From Schizosaccharomyces osmophilus (lineage: Eukaryota), in NCBI RefSeq assembly GCF_027921745.1, contig NC_079240.1, forward strand, positions 372,001 to 436,000: a stretch of DNA of 64,000 nt, given 5' to 3'. The notes beneath the pieces are model-generated. The model did no database searches, had not been told where the DNA came from, and saw only the letters and a list, made by a program, of their open reading frames with translations. Positions 1 through 11,773 of this stretch are shown here, piece after piece (positions within the stretch are counted from its first letter, which is position 1; each line of letters starts with the position of its first letter). The position numbers were made by a program, and so were the translations under genes.

Positions 1-341
1 GACGATTCTCTTCGAATTATCTAGCCATTATTGCAGTCCTCGCCATTTACTGTCTTTTGACGAACGTTCTGTTATCTATAGTTATTGGTGTGGGCGCTGC
101 AGGCGTGTATGGTATTCGCAAACACCAAGGCAATGAATTTCATATTGGAAGGCATGTTTATAGCAAGTCAAATTTATACACCACTTTGGGATGTGTATTA
201 TTTCCCCTTGGGCTTTTTGCGTCACCCATTCAAACTATCTTTTGGTTAGTTGGAGCATCTGCCGTCTGCGTCCTTGGCCATGGTGCTTTATTGGAACCAC
301 CTGTTGAATCTGCTTTTGAGGCTGTCGAGCAACAAGTATAA
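1..341 (+). CDS. yip3: PRA1-family prenylated Rab acceptor, 5'-truncated by the window edge
   Basis: Frame is open from nt 3 (RFSSNYLAIIAVLAIYCLLT, the PRA1 F..NY motif). Hydrophobic hairpins and a C-terminal 'GHGALLEPPVESAF' are typical of Yip3/PRA1. Confidence 0.85.
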   Translation, partial: RFSSNYLAIIAVLAIYCLLTNVLLSIVIGVGAAGVYGIRKHQGNEFHIGRHVYSKSNLYTTLGCVLFPLGLFASPIQTIFWLVGASAVCVLGHGALLEPPVESAFEAVEQQV

Positions 342-1031
342 AGTTCCACTATACTTCTTTTGAAACCTTTTCCAGCAAGCTTGTCCTTTGTAGTATTAAA
401 TATCTCTCTTTGCTCTGCTTTTCCAGTTCGTAAACTGACTTGCTTTTTTTTGTTTTCCGAGAACGAGTCATCAGCGATGATACAGCAGTAAAAATTCAAG
501 TGACAAGCATGTGTGCAATGTATACACTATACATAGACCGTTCTGCAACTTTGCTTGGAGGTTTGTCTTTTTTTATACACTTCATCTTTTTGTTCGAACT
601 TAATTTTCGTTAACGTGATGAGACATGAGTCATTTATCAACTACAACATGCACATCGACCATATCTGTCCATTAATGCTGTTGCTGGTCTCCTATATTAC
701 TTTGTTGCTTCGAGCCACGTTTGCAGAATGCCAAGTAATTTCCGTTTCTGTTATAATAATTAACTTTTCTTCTTTATTGCTAATTTCATAGACTGTTAAA
801 CAATAGGAAGTGCACAATTACGTACATACAAGCCATACAGAGGTTGAACTTGACATTGCAAATGACTATACTCTTTTGTATTTACAGATTCAATCTTTTC
901 AATGTTATGCATTCTCAATCTATCAATTAGATTCATCTATTTCGGTATAAAAGAATTAAACTATCATAAAGCAAGTCGAGACTTCATTGACCTGGCTAAT
1001 CATATCATCGAACTTTTTTAAGTAAATCACG

Positions 1032-2425
1032 TTAAAGTTTTTGATAATCAACGGTACCTTCAAGTTTCTTAAGATCAGCTACCTTACGTGCTGCTGACAT
1101 TAAATCGGACTGTATAATGTAATCCCGGTCTTCCTTGATGGCTAAAAATCCGGCTTCAGTCACAACGTTTCGTAAATCTGCACCATTGGTACCATCGGTA
1201 AGCTTAACAATAGCTTCGTAGTCAAGATCGCCTCGCTTAGACACCTTTTCAAGATGAATTTTCAAAATTTCCATACGGCCAACTTCATTGGGAAGAGGAA
1301 TTTCGATTTTACGATCAAGACGACCAGGACGCAATAAAGCAGGGTCAAGGGTATCAGGACGGTTGGTAGCCATAATAATTTTAGTTTGTCCCAAATAATC
1401 GAAACCATCCATTTGGTTTAGTAATTCCATCAACGTACGTTGAATCTCACGATCGGCAGAAGTACCTTCTGAAAATCTACGTCCACCAATAGCGTCAATT
1501 TCATCCATGAAGATAACACATGGCTCATGCTCTTTAGCATAACCAAACATTTCACGAATAATACGAGCAGATTCACCGATATACTTATCTACAATACCAC
1601 TGGAGACAACCTTCAAGAAATTAACTCCCAAAGAAGCTGCAACAGCACGAGCTAAAAGCGTTTTCCCTGTACCAGGAGGACCATAAAGCAAAACACCCTT
1701 TGGAGGATTAATACCAACACGGTGAAACAGTTCAGGACTCTTCAAGGGAAGTTCAATGACTTCTCTCAATTCACGAATTTGTTCATTTAAACCACCCACA
1801 CCTGCGAACGACACCTCACCAGGACTCTCAACAGACATGTTATAGACCATTGGGTCCACTTCTCGGGGAAGAAAACGCATAATTGTTAAGGTAGTCATAT
1901 CTAAGGAAACACGAACACCCTGAATTAACTTGGATTTGTCCACATTATTTCTACATCCAACAACATAGCGAGGACCAGAACTAAAACGTTAGTAGACTGT
2001 TTCAACTATATGAGCAGTTATGCCATAATCCAGCGGGGTATTCTTTTTATAAAACCATCTCCTAATGCCATCCACAAATAATCGTTTGTATTACAAAAAG
2101 CCCTAGAAAGCAACCAGTAGATGCTTTGTCCACCACAACAAAACATTTTGTTTGTGATTTCTCCAAACTGGATTTGATAATCCGCTGAATCAGTATGTAT
2201 CCCTTACCTAGCCTTCACGATAAAACGCTCCGGATCAAGCTGCTTTAGGACCTCGCCGATTATTTGACCTACAGACTGCAAACTCCTTATATCATTTTCG
2301 GTCTTGTCATATTTCTTGACTAAATCACGAATTCCAAAACGCAGGTCTTTTAGTTTTGCATCAAACTCTCGATGTTGCAGCAGCGCTGCCTTATATTTCT
2401 CTAAAGACACTTCTCTTTCCGACAT
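1032..2425 (-). CDS. rpt4: 26S proteasome AAA-ATPase Rpt4; exons 2425-2208 and 1980-1032 (388 aa)
   Basis: Walker A GPPGTGKT, Walker B IFMDEID and [12 protein letters not shown]. Intron 1981-2207 (GTAAGG..CTAAC..TAG) joins FIVKA to SSGPRYVV in frame. Confidence 0.97.
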
Positions 2426-3019
2426 TCGGGTTTGGTAAAGGAATTGTTGGTTTCAACCTAGTACTCTTCTTTAGCTTTTCTGCACACTGCAATGCGTTAA
2501 TAAAGTCATTTACCAACTCGGTTACCTGTGGTAAAATTAAATAGCGAAACTTAAGTAAAATAGGTTATGCTAATAGTGATACCGGTTTCTTTCACTAAAC
2601 CCCAGTCCCTCTGAGCGATGAAAAATCATGGCAAACAGTTATGGTGTTCTTTTGCTGCTAATAGTTCGTTGAGCGTACAAAAGATTGAATATTCTTGCTA
2701 ACAATGAGAAAACTCACTGACAGAGAGTTGTGAAAAGGCGGTAAATTAAGAAAAAAAGCAACTATCATAAGACCAGGTATGAAAATTCTAAACGATATAT
2801 GTAACAAAAACATCTTGATCTAACAAATCAAACAAAAAAAAACAAAGTTAACAACATTAATAGAACAAAAAACCTCTATATGTTAGATTGAGTCAATATT
2901 GAGCAGACAATACTAACGGCATATTAAAGTAAGAATAGAATGCATAGAATCATAAATACATTTTATAACAGGATTAAAAACAATACGTAAATCGTAGACA
3001 ACAAACAAGAAAAAAGCCA

Positions 3020-5269
3020 CTAAATAATGCTATGAAGCGCATTACTGAGAACATGTGCCAAAAATCCCTCAACTAAATCAGATTCTTGAAGCAAGTCAAA
3101 CAAAACTCGTAGGCTATCTTCCGATGTGAAGGGTCCTAAAAATGAAGCATTGTCAGCATATTCATTCTTAAGAAATAGTTCTTGGGCTTGAACCCGCATC
3201 TGTTCGTCACTTTCTTGATGTACTGCAAATTCTGAATGGCTATGAAATAAACTGTTCTTTAAAGCTTCCTCCAAATATAAGTCATCGTCATCTCTATTTT
3301 CTGAAGTAGGATTCCAGCTTGCACCTTTCTGATCATCAGAGGCACTTTCTCGGCTTAAATTTCTCAAATGTTCCTGTACTTTTTCTTTTTCTTCAGGCCA
3401 TATATTGAGAATTAACGAAGTAAAAAAGTCACCAAGCAGCTGCGGATTTGATAGCTTTGCAAAAACGTGATCTTTCAACATCTTTTCCACTATCCCAGAA
3501 AAGTCTACGGGTCCATACACAAGTAATGACTTCATTACAGATAAAGTGGTCCGTCGAAGAAACCAAGATTTAGGATTTAAGCAAGAAAGCTCACCAAAAA
3601 GAGCAAAACCACTATCAATAATTTCTTTTAAAGTTTCCTCTTGAATACAAAACGCAGAAGGGTCATCCTTATATGGATTGCTTTCAGAAGAATAACTGGA
3701 ATCATTTTTTCCTTCATTTTTATTTTCAAATGATTGACTATCATTTTCCATAGATGACAGATCATTAGACGGCATATTGGTCAAGTCAGTATCCTCCAGC
3801 ATACTTTTCTCGAATTTGGTATTCCAACTAGTTTCCGTATTCGAGGAGTCTTCCGAATTTTTTGAATGCGCAGATTTTCCGCTTACAATCTTTGTGACTT
3901 CTATAAGCTTATTTGAAACAGAAGATAAAGAAGAATTGCTATGCTTTTCCATCCCATCAACCACATCATCGGGTAAAGGTTGAAAAGTCAAAGACTTACA
4001 AAAAAACTTCCGGACAACAGCATCATTGGATAACTTTGGATTTTGAACTATTCCATTCAAAAATACCGATAAATCCTGCTGGAAATGGTTAAATGTTCGG
4101 CTTCTCCATCCAGGAAACGTTAACGGGTTTCCAACTGCATGCTGATATTCTTTTCTTAAATCTTTATACAGAGTTTTGAAATCAGTATAAGTTCGATAGA
4201 TAATCCAAGGAGGGATATCCGAATGCAAAGGATGTACCGTTATAACAAATTTTAGATTCTTTTTATCTTTTATCGGAAAAACAACATCTTTAGCCTCAAG
4301 CGAGCGATATTGAATATGGATTTCTGCTTCAAAGAGAGCACTATTATATGAGCTAGACGTTTGAAGATTGCCACCCATAGGTAAGGTTGACAAGGGGGAT
4401 GAGTCTTTGAGTGTTTGGTTTAATAGGCATCGATTTATGTACGTATTCCTGCCTAAGCATTCCTCCTTTTCCTTTGAAGGAGAAAAGAAAAGGATGATAC
4501 AACGATTGACAAACACTGGCTTAGCACAATGCGTTGTGATTTTTTTAAAAACTTGCATAGCGAGAACTTCCCGCAATAGAACATGTAAAGGAAGACATGC
4601 GGCGTCTTCTGGTTTGCAGAACTTTGTTACCATTGCAGAAGCCTGAGAGCGTAACGCTTGTTCGTTTGCTGCTTTGTCTAGCATTTTTGCGACCGCCGAG
4701 TTGGGATAACGAACAGCAAATTCCGTAATGGGTATTTTTTTGCTCAAAAAAATATTCAAGTCGGAAAGCAAAAACGTAATCGTATTCAAAACGTTTTTTA
4801 ACATCTCAAAAATCAGGTAGGAGGAATCTTGAGCGCGCAAGTAAGAATAAAAGTTTCTCATGATATACCCAATGGTGTTCTCTACCTCTGAAACAAACGC
4901 CTTATCACTACTCACTTGTGCATACCAACCGTGTATGTAATGATGTGTAAGTTTCGTTATGAGAAGAAGAAGGGGGTCTTCCAACTCCTTTGGGAGTTTG
5001 TGCTGAGGAAATCTTTGAGGGACATAATGAGCCGGACCCTCTACCTTCGGATGTTTGATGTTCAAGACAATATTTCCATCTTCTTGGATCAACCCCAGGA
5101 CACCAACGCCAACAAAAATGCCTAGTGTAAAATACACAACGCGTCCAAAAGAAGCATGAAGATAATAAAATAACAAAATAAACAAAGCAGATACTCCTAT
5201 ATATCTTGGATGATTCCCTAAGCTTATAAACGCCTTTTGAGCCGTCGATAATTCCCATTCCATGAACAT
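3020..5269 (-). CDS. mug122: PXA/PX-domain sorting-nexin-like membrane protein (Mdm1/Nvj3-like)
   Basis: 749-aa ORF with N-terminal TM segments, PXA motif 'HYIHGWYAQVSSDKAF' and PX-like 'WIIYRTYTDFKTLYKDL'. Position matches recalled S. pombe SPCC1682.15. Confidence 0.8.
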   Translation of the reverse strand: MFMEWELSTAQKAFISLGNHPRYIGVSALFILLFYYLHASFGRVVYFTLGIFVGVGVLGLIQEDGNIVLNIKHPKVEGPAHYVPQRFPQHKLPKELEDPLLLLITKLTHHYIHGWYAQVSSDKAFVSEVENTIGYIMRNFYSYLRAQDSSYLIFEMLKNVLNTITFLLSDLNIFLSKKIPITEFAVRYPNSAVAKMLDKAANEQALRSQASAMVTKFCKPEDAACLPLHVLLREVLAMQVFKKITTHCAKPVFVNRCIILFFSPSKEKEECLGRNTYINRCLLNQTLKDSSPLSTLPMGGNLQTSSSYNSALFEAEIHIQYRSLEAKDVVFPIKDKKNLKFVITVHPLHSDIPPWIIYRTYTDFKTLYKDLRKEYQHAVGNPLTFPGWRSRTFNHFQQDLSVFLNGIVQNPKLSNDAVVRKFFCKSLTFQPLPDDVVDGMEKHSNSSLSSVSNKLIEVTKIVSGKSAHSKNSEDSSNTETSWNTKFEKSMLEDTDLTNMPSNDLSSMENDSQSFENKNEGKNDSSYSSESNPYKDDPSAFCIQEETLKEIIDSGFALFGELSCLNPKSWFLRRTTLSVMKSLLVYGPVDFSGIVEKMLKDHVFAKLSNPQLLGDFFTSLILNIWPEEKEKVQEHLRNLSRESASDDQKGASWNPTSENRDDDDLYLEEALKNSLFHSHSEFAVHQESDEQMRVQAQELFLKNEYADNASFLGPFTSEDSLRVLFDLLQESDLVEGFLAHVLSNALHSII

Positions 5270-6010
5270 GTGTAACAGCCAAACAACAAATTCGACTCGA
5301 TACGTTCAAATTTTTATCCAACGTCTAACTTCCACTATCTATTAAGCAAACGTATTAAACTGATCGTCAGAAATTTGTGAAGGCACAGTGAAATCCAATA
5401 ACTTTTTGTTTCAATCGGTATAAGAAGGAATTGGGCATAAATATCGGGTATAAGAAGAATCTATTCAATTTATGGATTCACCACAGATGCTCAGTAAAAC
5501 GTATATTCCAAGTACCGGAATTGGATATAAAACATGATGTTTGCAAAGGAAGACATGAATTTGTTCAGCCTCCCATCCATGGCTCAAGCTGACATAATAG
5601 GGCTATTTACTCCATTTCCGTAAAGACCATAAAGCAATCCAACGTAATCTATCGAAATCATAAAATTCCATTAAATCGGTAATTCTTTATTTATCAGAGG
5701 AAATAGGGAAAAAAATCGAAAAATGCAGGTGCTATGGAGCAACTAATACATTCCTTTTGGCACAGGTAGAGACTACTGTAAAGCGTCAATGGAACACATC
5801 CATATCGTCTTTAGCGTTTTTAACACCATATTCAATAACCTCGTTAAAGGCTTTCCTTTGATGGCGTAAATGCAATAATACAAATGATTACAATTTACAG
5901 TATAATGCTACCGATATACTCAACTCAACCATAGAAATTAATTACTGCCTTAAAAAACCAAAAGTAGTATTTGTAGGTATAAAACAGAAGCGAAAATCAA
6001 ATTAAGGCAT

Positions 6011-6592
6011 CTACTCCTCGATTTGGTCAGCAGCGGTGTAAGCTTGCTCACGCTTCTCTCCGACAACCTTAGCTCTACGGAGACGAGCAGCCTTGGAACG
6101 AGTACGGCGAGCATCTTGTTGCTCTTGAAGTAACTTGGTACGGTTGGCTTCGGCCTTAGCACGTTGGATGTGCTCAATCAAAGCACGCTTGTGCTTGAAG
6201 GTGTTACCCTTAGCAGCCAAATAAAGGCTGTGGTAAAGGTGCTTGTCGATCTTACCAGTTTCACGGTACTTACGGAGGAGACGGCGCAAGACACGTTGAC
6301 GACGCATCCAGACGACAGCAGAGGGCATACGAGCCTCGGCAGTACCCTTACGCTTACCGTAACCGGTGTGACGGCCAAGACGCTTGGCGGCATGAGTCTT
6401 GCGGATACGGAAGCGAGAGTGCATCAAGTTGGGCTTGCGGATGAGCAAACCGTCCTTGACCAACTTGCGAATGTTTTGGCGGCTGTTGGCGTTGCTAATT
6501 TCACTGAGCTCATTGGGATCCATCCAAACCTTACGCTTACCGCATTTTAAAACGGAAGAAGCAAGGCGCTTCTGCGTAGTGAGATTTGCCAT
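6011..6592 (-). CDS. rpl1902: 60S ribosomal protein L19 (eL19), intronless
   Basis: [28 protein letters not shown]..., [10 protein letters not shown]; strong codon bias. The paralog number is inferred from recalled synteny. Confidence 0.97.
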   Translation of the reverse strand: MANLTTQKRLASSVLKCGKRKVWMDPNELSEISNANSRQNIRKLVKDGLLIRKPNLMHSRFRIRKTHAAKRLGRHTGYGKRKGTAEARMPSAVVWMRRQRVLRRLLRKYRETGKIDKHLYHSLYLAAKGNTFKHKRALIEHIQRAKAEANRTKLLQEQQDARRTRSKAARLRRAKVVGEKREQAYTAADQIEE

Positions 6593-6659
6593 TGTGTTGG
6601 TCGGTTGGAAGGGGAGTGTTTCGCAAGAATTCTCATAGTCAAAGTTGCCCTCATGTCAG

Positions 6660-6689
6660 CAGTCACAGTTTCTACCTTTACCCTAACCT
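6660..6689. promoter_or_regulatory. Homol D box (CAGTCACA, 6660-6667) plus Homol E-like box (ACCCTAACCT, 6680-6689) of the ribosomal protein promoter
   Basis: Exact Homol D about 70 nt upstream of the rpl19 ATG, with a 9/10 Homol E match just distal. This is the canonical fission-yeast RP promoter layout. Confidence 0.85.
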
Positions 6690-7578
6690 GGAAAGATTGC
6701 TCGGGTAACAGGGGTAAGTAACAATAAACAAACCAAAGCAAACCAAAACAGAGGCAGGCTGTATGTAAGAAGCCATCGCTTGTCTTCCCTGCACAAGGTT
6801 GTCTCGCAATTGAACTAATAATGAAATAAGAAGAATGTACAAACAAAGCTACTGACATCTTTAGATGAAGATTTGCTGGCAATGGCTTTTATGAGATTAC
6901 CTATAGCAAAACCTTTGAACTATACAGCAATCTTATAGCAAAAGGTTTGTAAACTACGAGAACTTGTGGGGTTTCCTTATCTTTGGCAAGACAATGTACC
7001 AGATATAGAAGGAAATTTGTCTACAGGGTACAGCATTACCAAGCTCAAAAGATAAAAAAGCATTAAACTTGTAAGGTGGAATGGATAAATTAATTTTTTA
7101 AAAAAACCAAAATAGGGATTTGATTATAGAAGATGCAGGTATGGGTTTTCGTCAGCATCCCAATAAGCTATAACCCCAGTAAAAGGAAAGGCATGGGAAT
7201 AATAAATACTTAACGAACGTCGAAACTGTAGTTTTTATTTCATAGTGAGAAAGCCCAAAATATTTTCATAATGTTTATCCAACAACTAAACCAATTCAAG
7301 GTGGATGAGTGAGTATGAAAGATTGAAAGAGAAATCACACACTGACAAAAAATTCATTATAATTCCAAAAAGGGGGTTTTTACGACATAAACAGCGACCA
7401 AAATCCAAAAAGGAACGAATGGGAATAGAGCGTGCAACCTTCTCTCATCCTACGAGAACAAGGGAGAGGAGGAGGAGGACTGGCAAAGAAGTCTTTCGGT
7501 AATAAATAAGTATAGGTACAAAAAGAAGGAAGACTATACGCATGACCAATGGGAAATGAATGCTAGCATACGAAAAAG

Positions 7579-8421
7579 TTATTCATCAAAAAAACCTTCT
7601 TCATGAAAAGCTTTCCATAATCGACTAGCCTTGTTGACATCTACACGGCTAGCACGCTGTGCATCTGTTTTCCGAAAACCCAGCCCCTGTTGTTTTCGAT
7701 AATTCCATTCGGCAAAAATGCGTCGTTTATTGTCCAGATACACTGCACAGGGTAAACGAAGGGTAGAAGCCAAATGGACTTCAGCAGGATGTAAAAGATG
7801 GTAATGAGGGTCATTCGAAAGGTCTAGAGGAGGACCCTTCCATTCAGCACGCAGAGGACGAGGATGGGACCGTTTATCGAGCACAGACATGTCGGGACAA
7901 AAATCAGGCAGGGCTTCGAATGGGATATTTGCAACGTCCATGCCATTGTACTGGCCTGACCCGCGTGTTGACTTCCTTCCCCTTGTTTCGACCGGAGAAA
8001 CAGAAGCTTCTGGGGTTGGCAGTTCTGAATTGCGAGTGCCTGGTCCACTATTGGATGGTGAAGGTTCGCGAGAGGTATTCTTTGACGACGAAGTCTCCGC
8101 TTCTATCACAGAAGAGACAATGCGATTTCCACGACGTCCAACAAAACCTTGACGACGCACTTTTGCAATTGGCTTTACATGTTCTTTGCGAAGCCATATC
8201 CTTTCTTGCTGAAGCCAAAGTTTTGGTTGGCTTTTGTAGACTTCATAAACAATCCCCTTCATACAAGCGCACAGGTTTTGCTTTCTTAAAGAAGAACCAT
8301 CTCGAATGCCGTTCGAGTGAAAGGTCAATGCTTTTGACTTGGGAGGTGAAAGAGGAGGTGTTATAAGAATGCAATCGTTTCCATTTCCAGTTGAACTCTC
8401 TTGTCCTTTCAAAATATGCAT
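7579..8421 (-). CDS. laf2: SWIRM-domain Clr6 HDAC-associated factor
   Basis: First ATG at 8421 (MHILKGQ). ITPPLSP motif; C-terminal SWIRM 'LHPAEVHLASTLRLPC...FRKTDAQRASRVDVNKASRLWKAF'. Confidence 0.85.
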   Translation of the reverse strand: MHILKGQESSTGNGNDCILITPPLSPPKSKALTFHSNGIRDGSSLRKQNLCACMKGIVYEVYKSQPKLWLQQERIWLRKEHVKPIAKVRRQGFVGRRGNRIVSSVIEAETSSSKNTSREPSPSNSGPGTRNSELPTPEASVSPVETRGRKSTRGSGQYNGMDVANIPFEALPDFCPDMSVLDKRSHPRPLRAEWKGPPLDLSNDPHYHLLHPAEVHLASTLRLPCAVYLDNKRRIFAEWNYRKQQGLGFRKTDAQRASRVDVNKASRLWKAFHEEGFFDE

Positions 8422-9898
8422 TCTATACCTTTTTTGTTTCAGCACTCAATCCAATGGCCTTAATCTTTACCCCCAAAAATGAGGTTTTGGTATCTTGCTA
8501 AAGACACCTTTCTGTGGGACACATTTTTGTGTAAGCCCTAACATGGTACCCTAATTGTTCACCACCACTTGGGCTGGTCGTTAGGCACTCATTTGCAAAG
8601 CATTTCGCCTTTTGTATCCTTACAATTCAAACAATTGTGAATTCTACATAACTAAAAATTGAACGATGTTTCCTAACTTCATGGTCTATGCATAGAAACC
8701 ACCCACTAGTTCCAACAGGAGCTTGAGTTTGTAAAGTTTTCGAAACATTTTCTTTTCCTTTTTCTATTTCCATATCTCTTAAATAAAATACAAAAAAAAT
8801 TTAGAAATATAAGTAATGTTTTCTACATCCAAAGAAGACCAAATCCTTGTACAAAAAATTATGACGCTTTTCATGGATGTACTGCTCTACGACTCGTCCA
8901 ACCTTACAAAAAAAGCCGAACTAAAGGCACAAGCACCAGTAAAGCTAGCAAGCACTTAGAACTGAAATAGCAAACGATAAATCCTTGTTGCATTCGACCC
9001 CGACTTTTCTCACAAAAGAAGAAACCACATGCTGCACTGTTTTTTTCTCCTCTAGGTCTTTACAAATTGATTCAATATCAATCGGCATATGACAATGATT
9101 AGATTGTCTTTTCTTGAGCTATTGACATTCCCTTTTTTTTCCCTCGCAGACTTTGACATTTTTTCGCTTTTCTTTTTTTGTTTACAAGGGAACATTGCTA
9201 CCTGTGTGACCCAAAGCAGGAACAATGTTGCTTCTCTAGTCTTTATGCTCCGAGATCACCAGCCAATGAAACCAGCGGTATTATTTCATTCTTTGTTCTT
9301 CTATAGTCCCACATCAGTAAATTCGGTTGTACGTTCGTTCTCAGTATGTAATTTAGTGCGTAGAAGCACACATCGATATAGAATTCACAGAAGTGAAACG
9401 TACAACGCAAATGCCTGGAAAAATTTCGCATGTTTTGTTTTTTCTCTAAAGCAAGCAACAAGACAAAGGATATCACGGATTTTTGGGGTAAAAGGGGTTC
9501 TTGTTGCATTCTTTTTCTTATTTTCTTCATTTATTTTCATTCGGGTTTATTGGGTTACGTTAAAGGAAAACCTCTTTTTTTTAGCCTTGTTCAACAATAC
9601 GTGCGTGTACGGTGTGCGTATGATAAACCGTGTTTTCTTTGCTTATTTTGAATTGGAAACGTTTTGTATGTTCTTTTGTCCCTAGTTGTTCTTCATTCCA
9701 TCTCTGTTCGAGTACACAAGAATTGGTCGCTTTGTACCAGACTTCATCTGTAGAATTTCAACTTATTTTTTTTGGTTACATTTTAAGAATTTTATATCGG
9801 GTTTCTTTTTTGGGTTTTGTTTATACCGGACTGTATCGGCTGGTCTGTTGTGTTTTCAATATTGGTATTTTAAATTTGCATCTGTTTCGCTTTATAAT

Positions 9899-11293
9899 AT
9901 GTCGTTGGCAATGCTGAATGGCTCAGTGAATCTTGCTGTAAAGCATTCCCTTGACGATCTCTTGGGTAACCCAGTTCGCTTTCGTGCCGCTTCTGTCAGT
10001 ACTAGCTCTACACCTGAAGGGCCCTATGTTCCTTTGAATGCACCCAAGAACGAAAAGGCGGGTGATTTTCCAGGATCTAAAGATTCTGAAAAGAATTCAT
10101 CATCCAACAAGCCCTTGTCCGTCAGCGTTCCTTCCGCTGAGCGTAAAAAACCTTCTGGTACCCGTGGCGAAGGTGCGGACGATTTTGTTGACGAAGACCC
10201 GTCTTTCATTCCCCCTGCTCGCATTCTATATCCTGAGGAAAAGATTGCTTTGAACTGGCAATCAGTTCTCCAAAATGCACCAGGTCTTGTCAACCTCGGC
10301 AACACTTGCTTTATGAATTCCGTTTTACAAATGATGACCCATACCCCTCCTTTGGCACAATATTTACTTTCTGCTCAGCATTCCATGGCCTGTCGATTAA
10401 ATTCTTGTGTCTTGTGTAAAATGGAACAGCAAGTTGCTCGTGCCTTTCCTAACAAAGGTGCCAAGCGCGCTTCTGCATTCAAACCATCAGGTATTCAGGG
10501 CATGCTGAAAGTAATAGCAAGCCATTTTCGCCCTTACCGCCAAGAAGACGCACACGAATTTATGCGTTGTTTAGTAGATGCTTGGCAAAAGTCTTGTCTT
10601 CAAAATTACAAGAATTTAGATCATCCTAGTCGAGAAACTTCCGTCGTCCACCGTATCTTTGGTGGATACCTTCGCCAGCAAATCCTTTGTTCTGTTTGTA
10701 AGAAGCCTTCCAATACTTATCAGGCATTGCTCGATCTGTCTATAGAAGCAAAAGATGCATCGATGCTGGATTGCTTAAAACAATTCGTCCAAGCTGAAAA
10801 ATTAATCAAGCAAAATCGCTATCGCTGTAGCAACTGCAAGAAGTTAGTGGATGCAACAAAAACCATGACTGTTTATCGCGCTCCTAATATTCTTACCATT
10901 CATTTTAAGCGTTTTACCTTCAACGGCTATAATGCTACCAAAATCGGTAAGCATATTTCCTATCCTGAGCGATTCGATCTTGCCCCTTATATGTCAGATC
11001 CTTCTCGCTCTTGTCGGTACGAACTGATTGGCGTCTTAGTCCACGCAGGTGGAAGCACTCGAAGTGGCCATTACTATTCTTTCTGCAAAAGTAGTAATGG
11101 TATGTGGCTCAAGTTTGACGATGAGTTTGTCTCAAATTCTAGCATCGATCGGGTATTGAATCAACAGGCCTATATTTTGCAATACAGACGTATTACGGAA
11201 TCTTCTTCCGGTAAGAGAAAAACTGGTGATGCAGGCATCTCTGCACAATCCAACAATCAGAAAAAGAAAAAGAAAAAGAGTGTGTCTTTTTAA
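9899..11293 (+). CDS. ubp16: USP-family deubiquitinase
   Basis: ATG at 9899 (MSLAML). Cys box GLVNLGNTCFMNSVLQ, QEDAHEF, His box HAGGSTRSGHYY; basic C-terminal NLS-like tail. Confidence 0.92.
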   Translation: MSLAMLNGSVNLAVKHSLDDLLGNPVRFRAASVSTSSTPEGPYVPLNAPKNEKAGDFPGSKDSEKNSSSNKPLSVSVPSAERKKPSGTRGEGADDFVDEDPSFIPPARILYPEEKIALNWQSVLQNAPGLVNLGNTCFMNSVLQMMTHTPPLAQYLLSAQHSMACRLNSCVLCKMEQQVARAFPNKGAKRASAFKPSGIQGMLKVIASHFRPYRQEDAHEFMRCLVDAWQKSCLQNYKNLDHPSRETSVVHRIFGGYLRQQILCSVCKKPSNTYQALLDLSIEAKDASMLDCLKQFVQAEKLIKQNRYRCSNCKKLVDATKTMTVYRAPNILTIHFKRFTFNGYNATKIGKHISYPERFDLAPYMSDPSRSCRYELIGVLVHAGGSTRSGHYYSFCKSSNGMWLKFDDEFVSNSSIDRVLNQQAYILQYRRITESSSGKRKTGDAGISAQSNNQKKKKKKSVSF

Positions 11294-11773
11294 ATTAACA
11301 AGGGCCATTTAATTCTTTCTTTCATTCGTTAATTCATATTTAATTTCCTTTGTTTCTTAATATGTTACGTCGTTTTGTCTGTCTTCAACAGCTAAACACT
11401 TAGCAAACTTTGCATTTTTGGCAATGTAATCTTTCTTTCATATAACTTTTAGCATCATGAACAATTCTTTCAACCTTTACGGTTTAGCAGCATCCTAGTA
11501 TAAAGGAATTCATATGTAATTTACCTTACCTTCAATGATGTATTCTGATGCAGCAACTGCTGGTTTTGCGAACCAATTCCTATAAACTCAATAATCGCTA
11601 TAAAAAGTTAAGTTGGCACATTTCATATGTAACTTTGTCTATTCTTTGCTATTGCCTTTAATACCATCAATTGAGTCACTTGGCACAGCGAAGAGCATCT
11701 GCAAACCAGCGACATAACCATCCAGTTTCTCGATATCTTATTCAAAAGCCGTTTTAGCAAGTGAGGCAAATAT

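Noticed and set aside
2518..2526. Recurrent GGTTAC/GTAACC hexamer near several promoters (rpt4, ssl1, rix1, mus81, ser3)
   Set aside because: The count is about what base composition predicts for a 6-mer.
6164..6550. Antisense and alternate-frame ORFs over rpl19 (likewise over ggc1, ser3, hdd1, coq5 and laf2)
   Set aside because: These are shadow ORFs caused by codon bias of real genes; they have no recognisable domains.
9686..9898. N-terminal extensions in the ORF track (ubp16, hdd1, mpf2, mdj1, laf2, coq5, nap1, WD40 gene)
   Set aside because: They begin at non-ATG codons; the first in-frame ATG matches the expected protein start.
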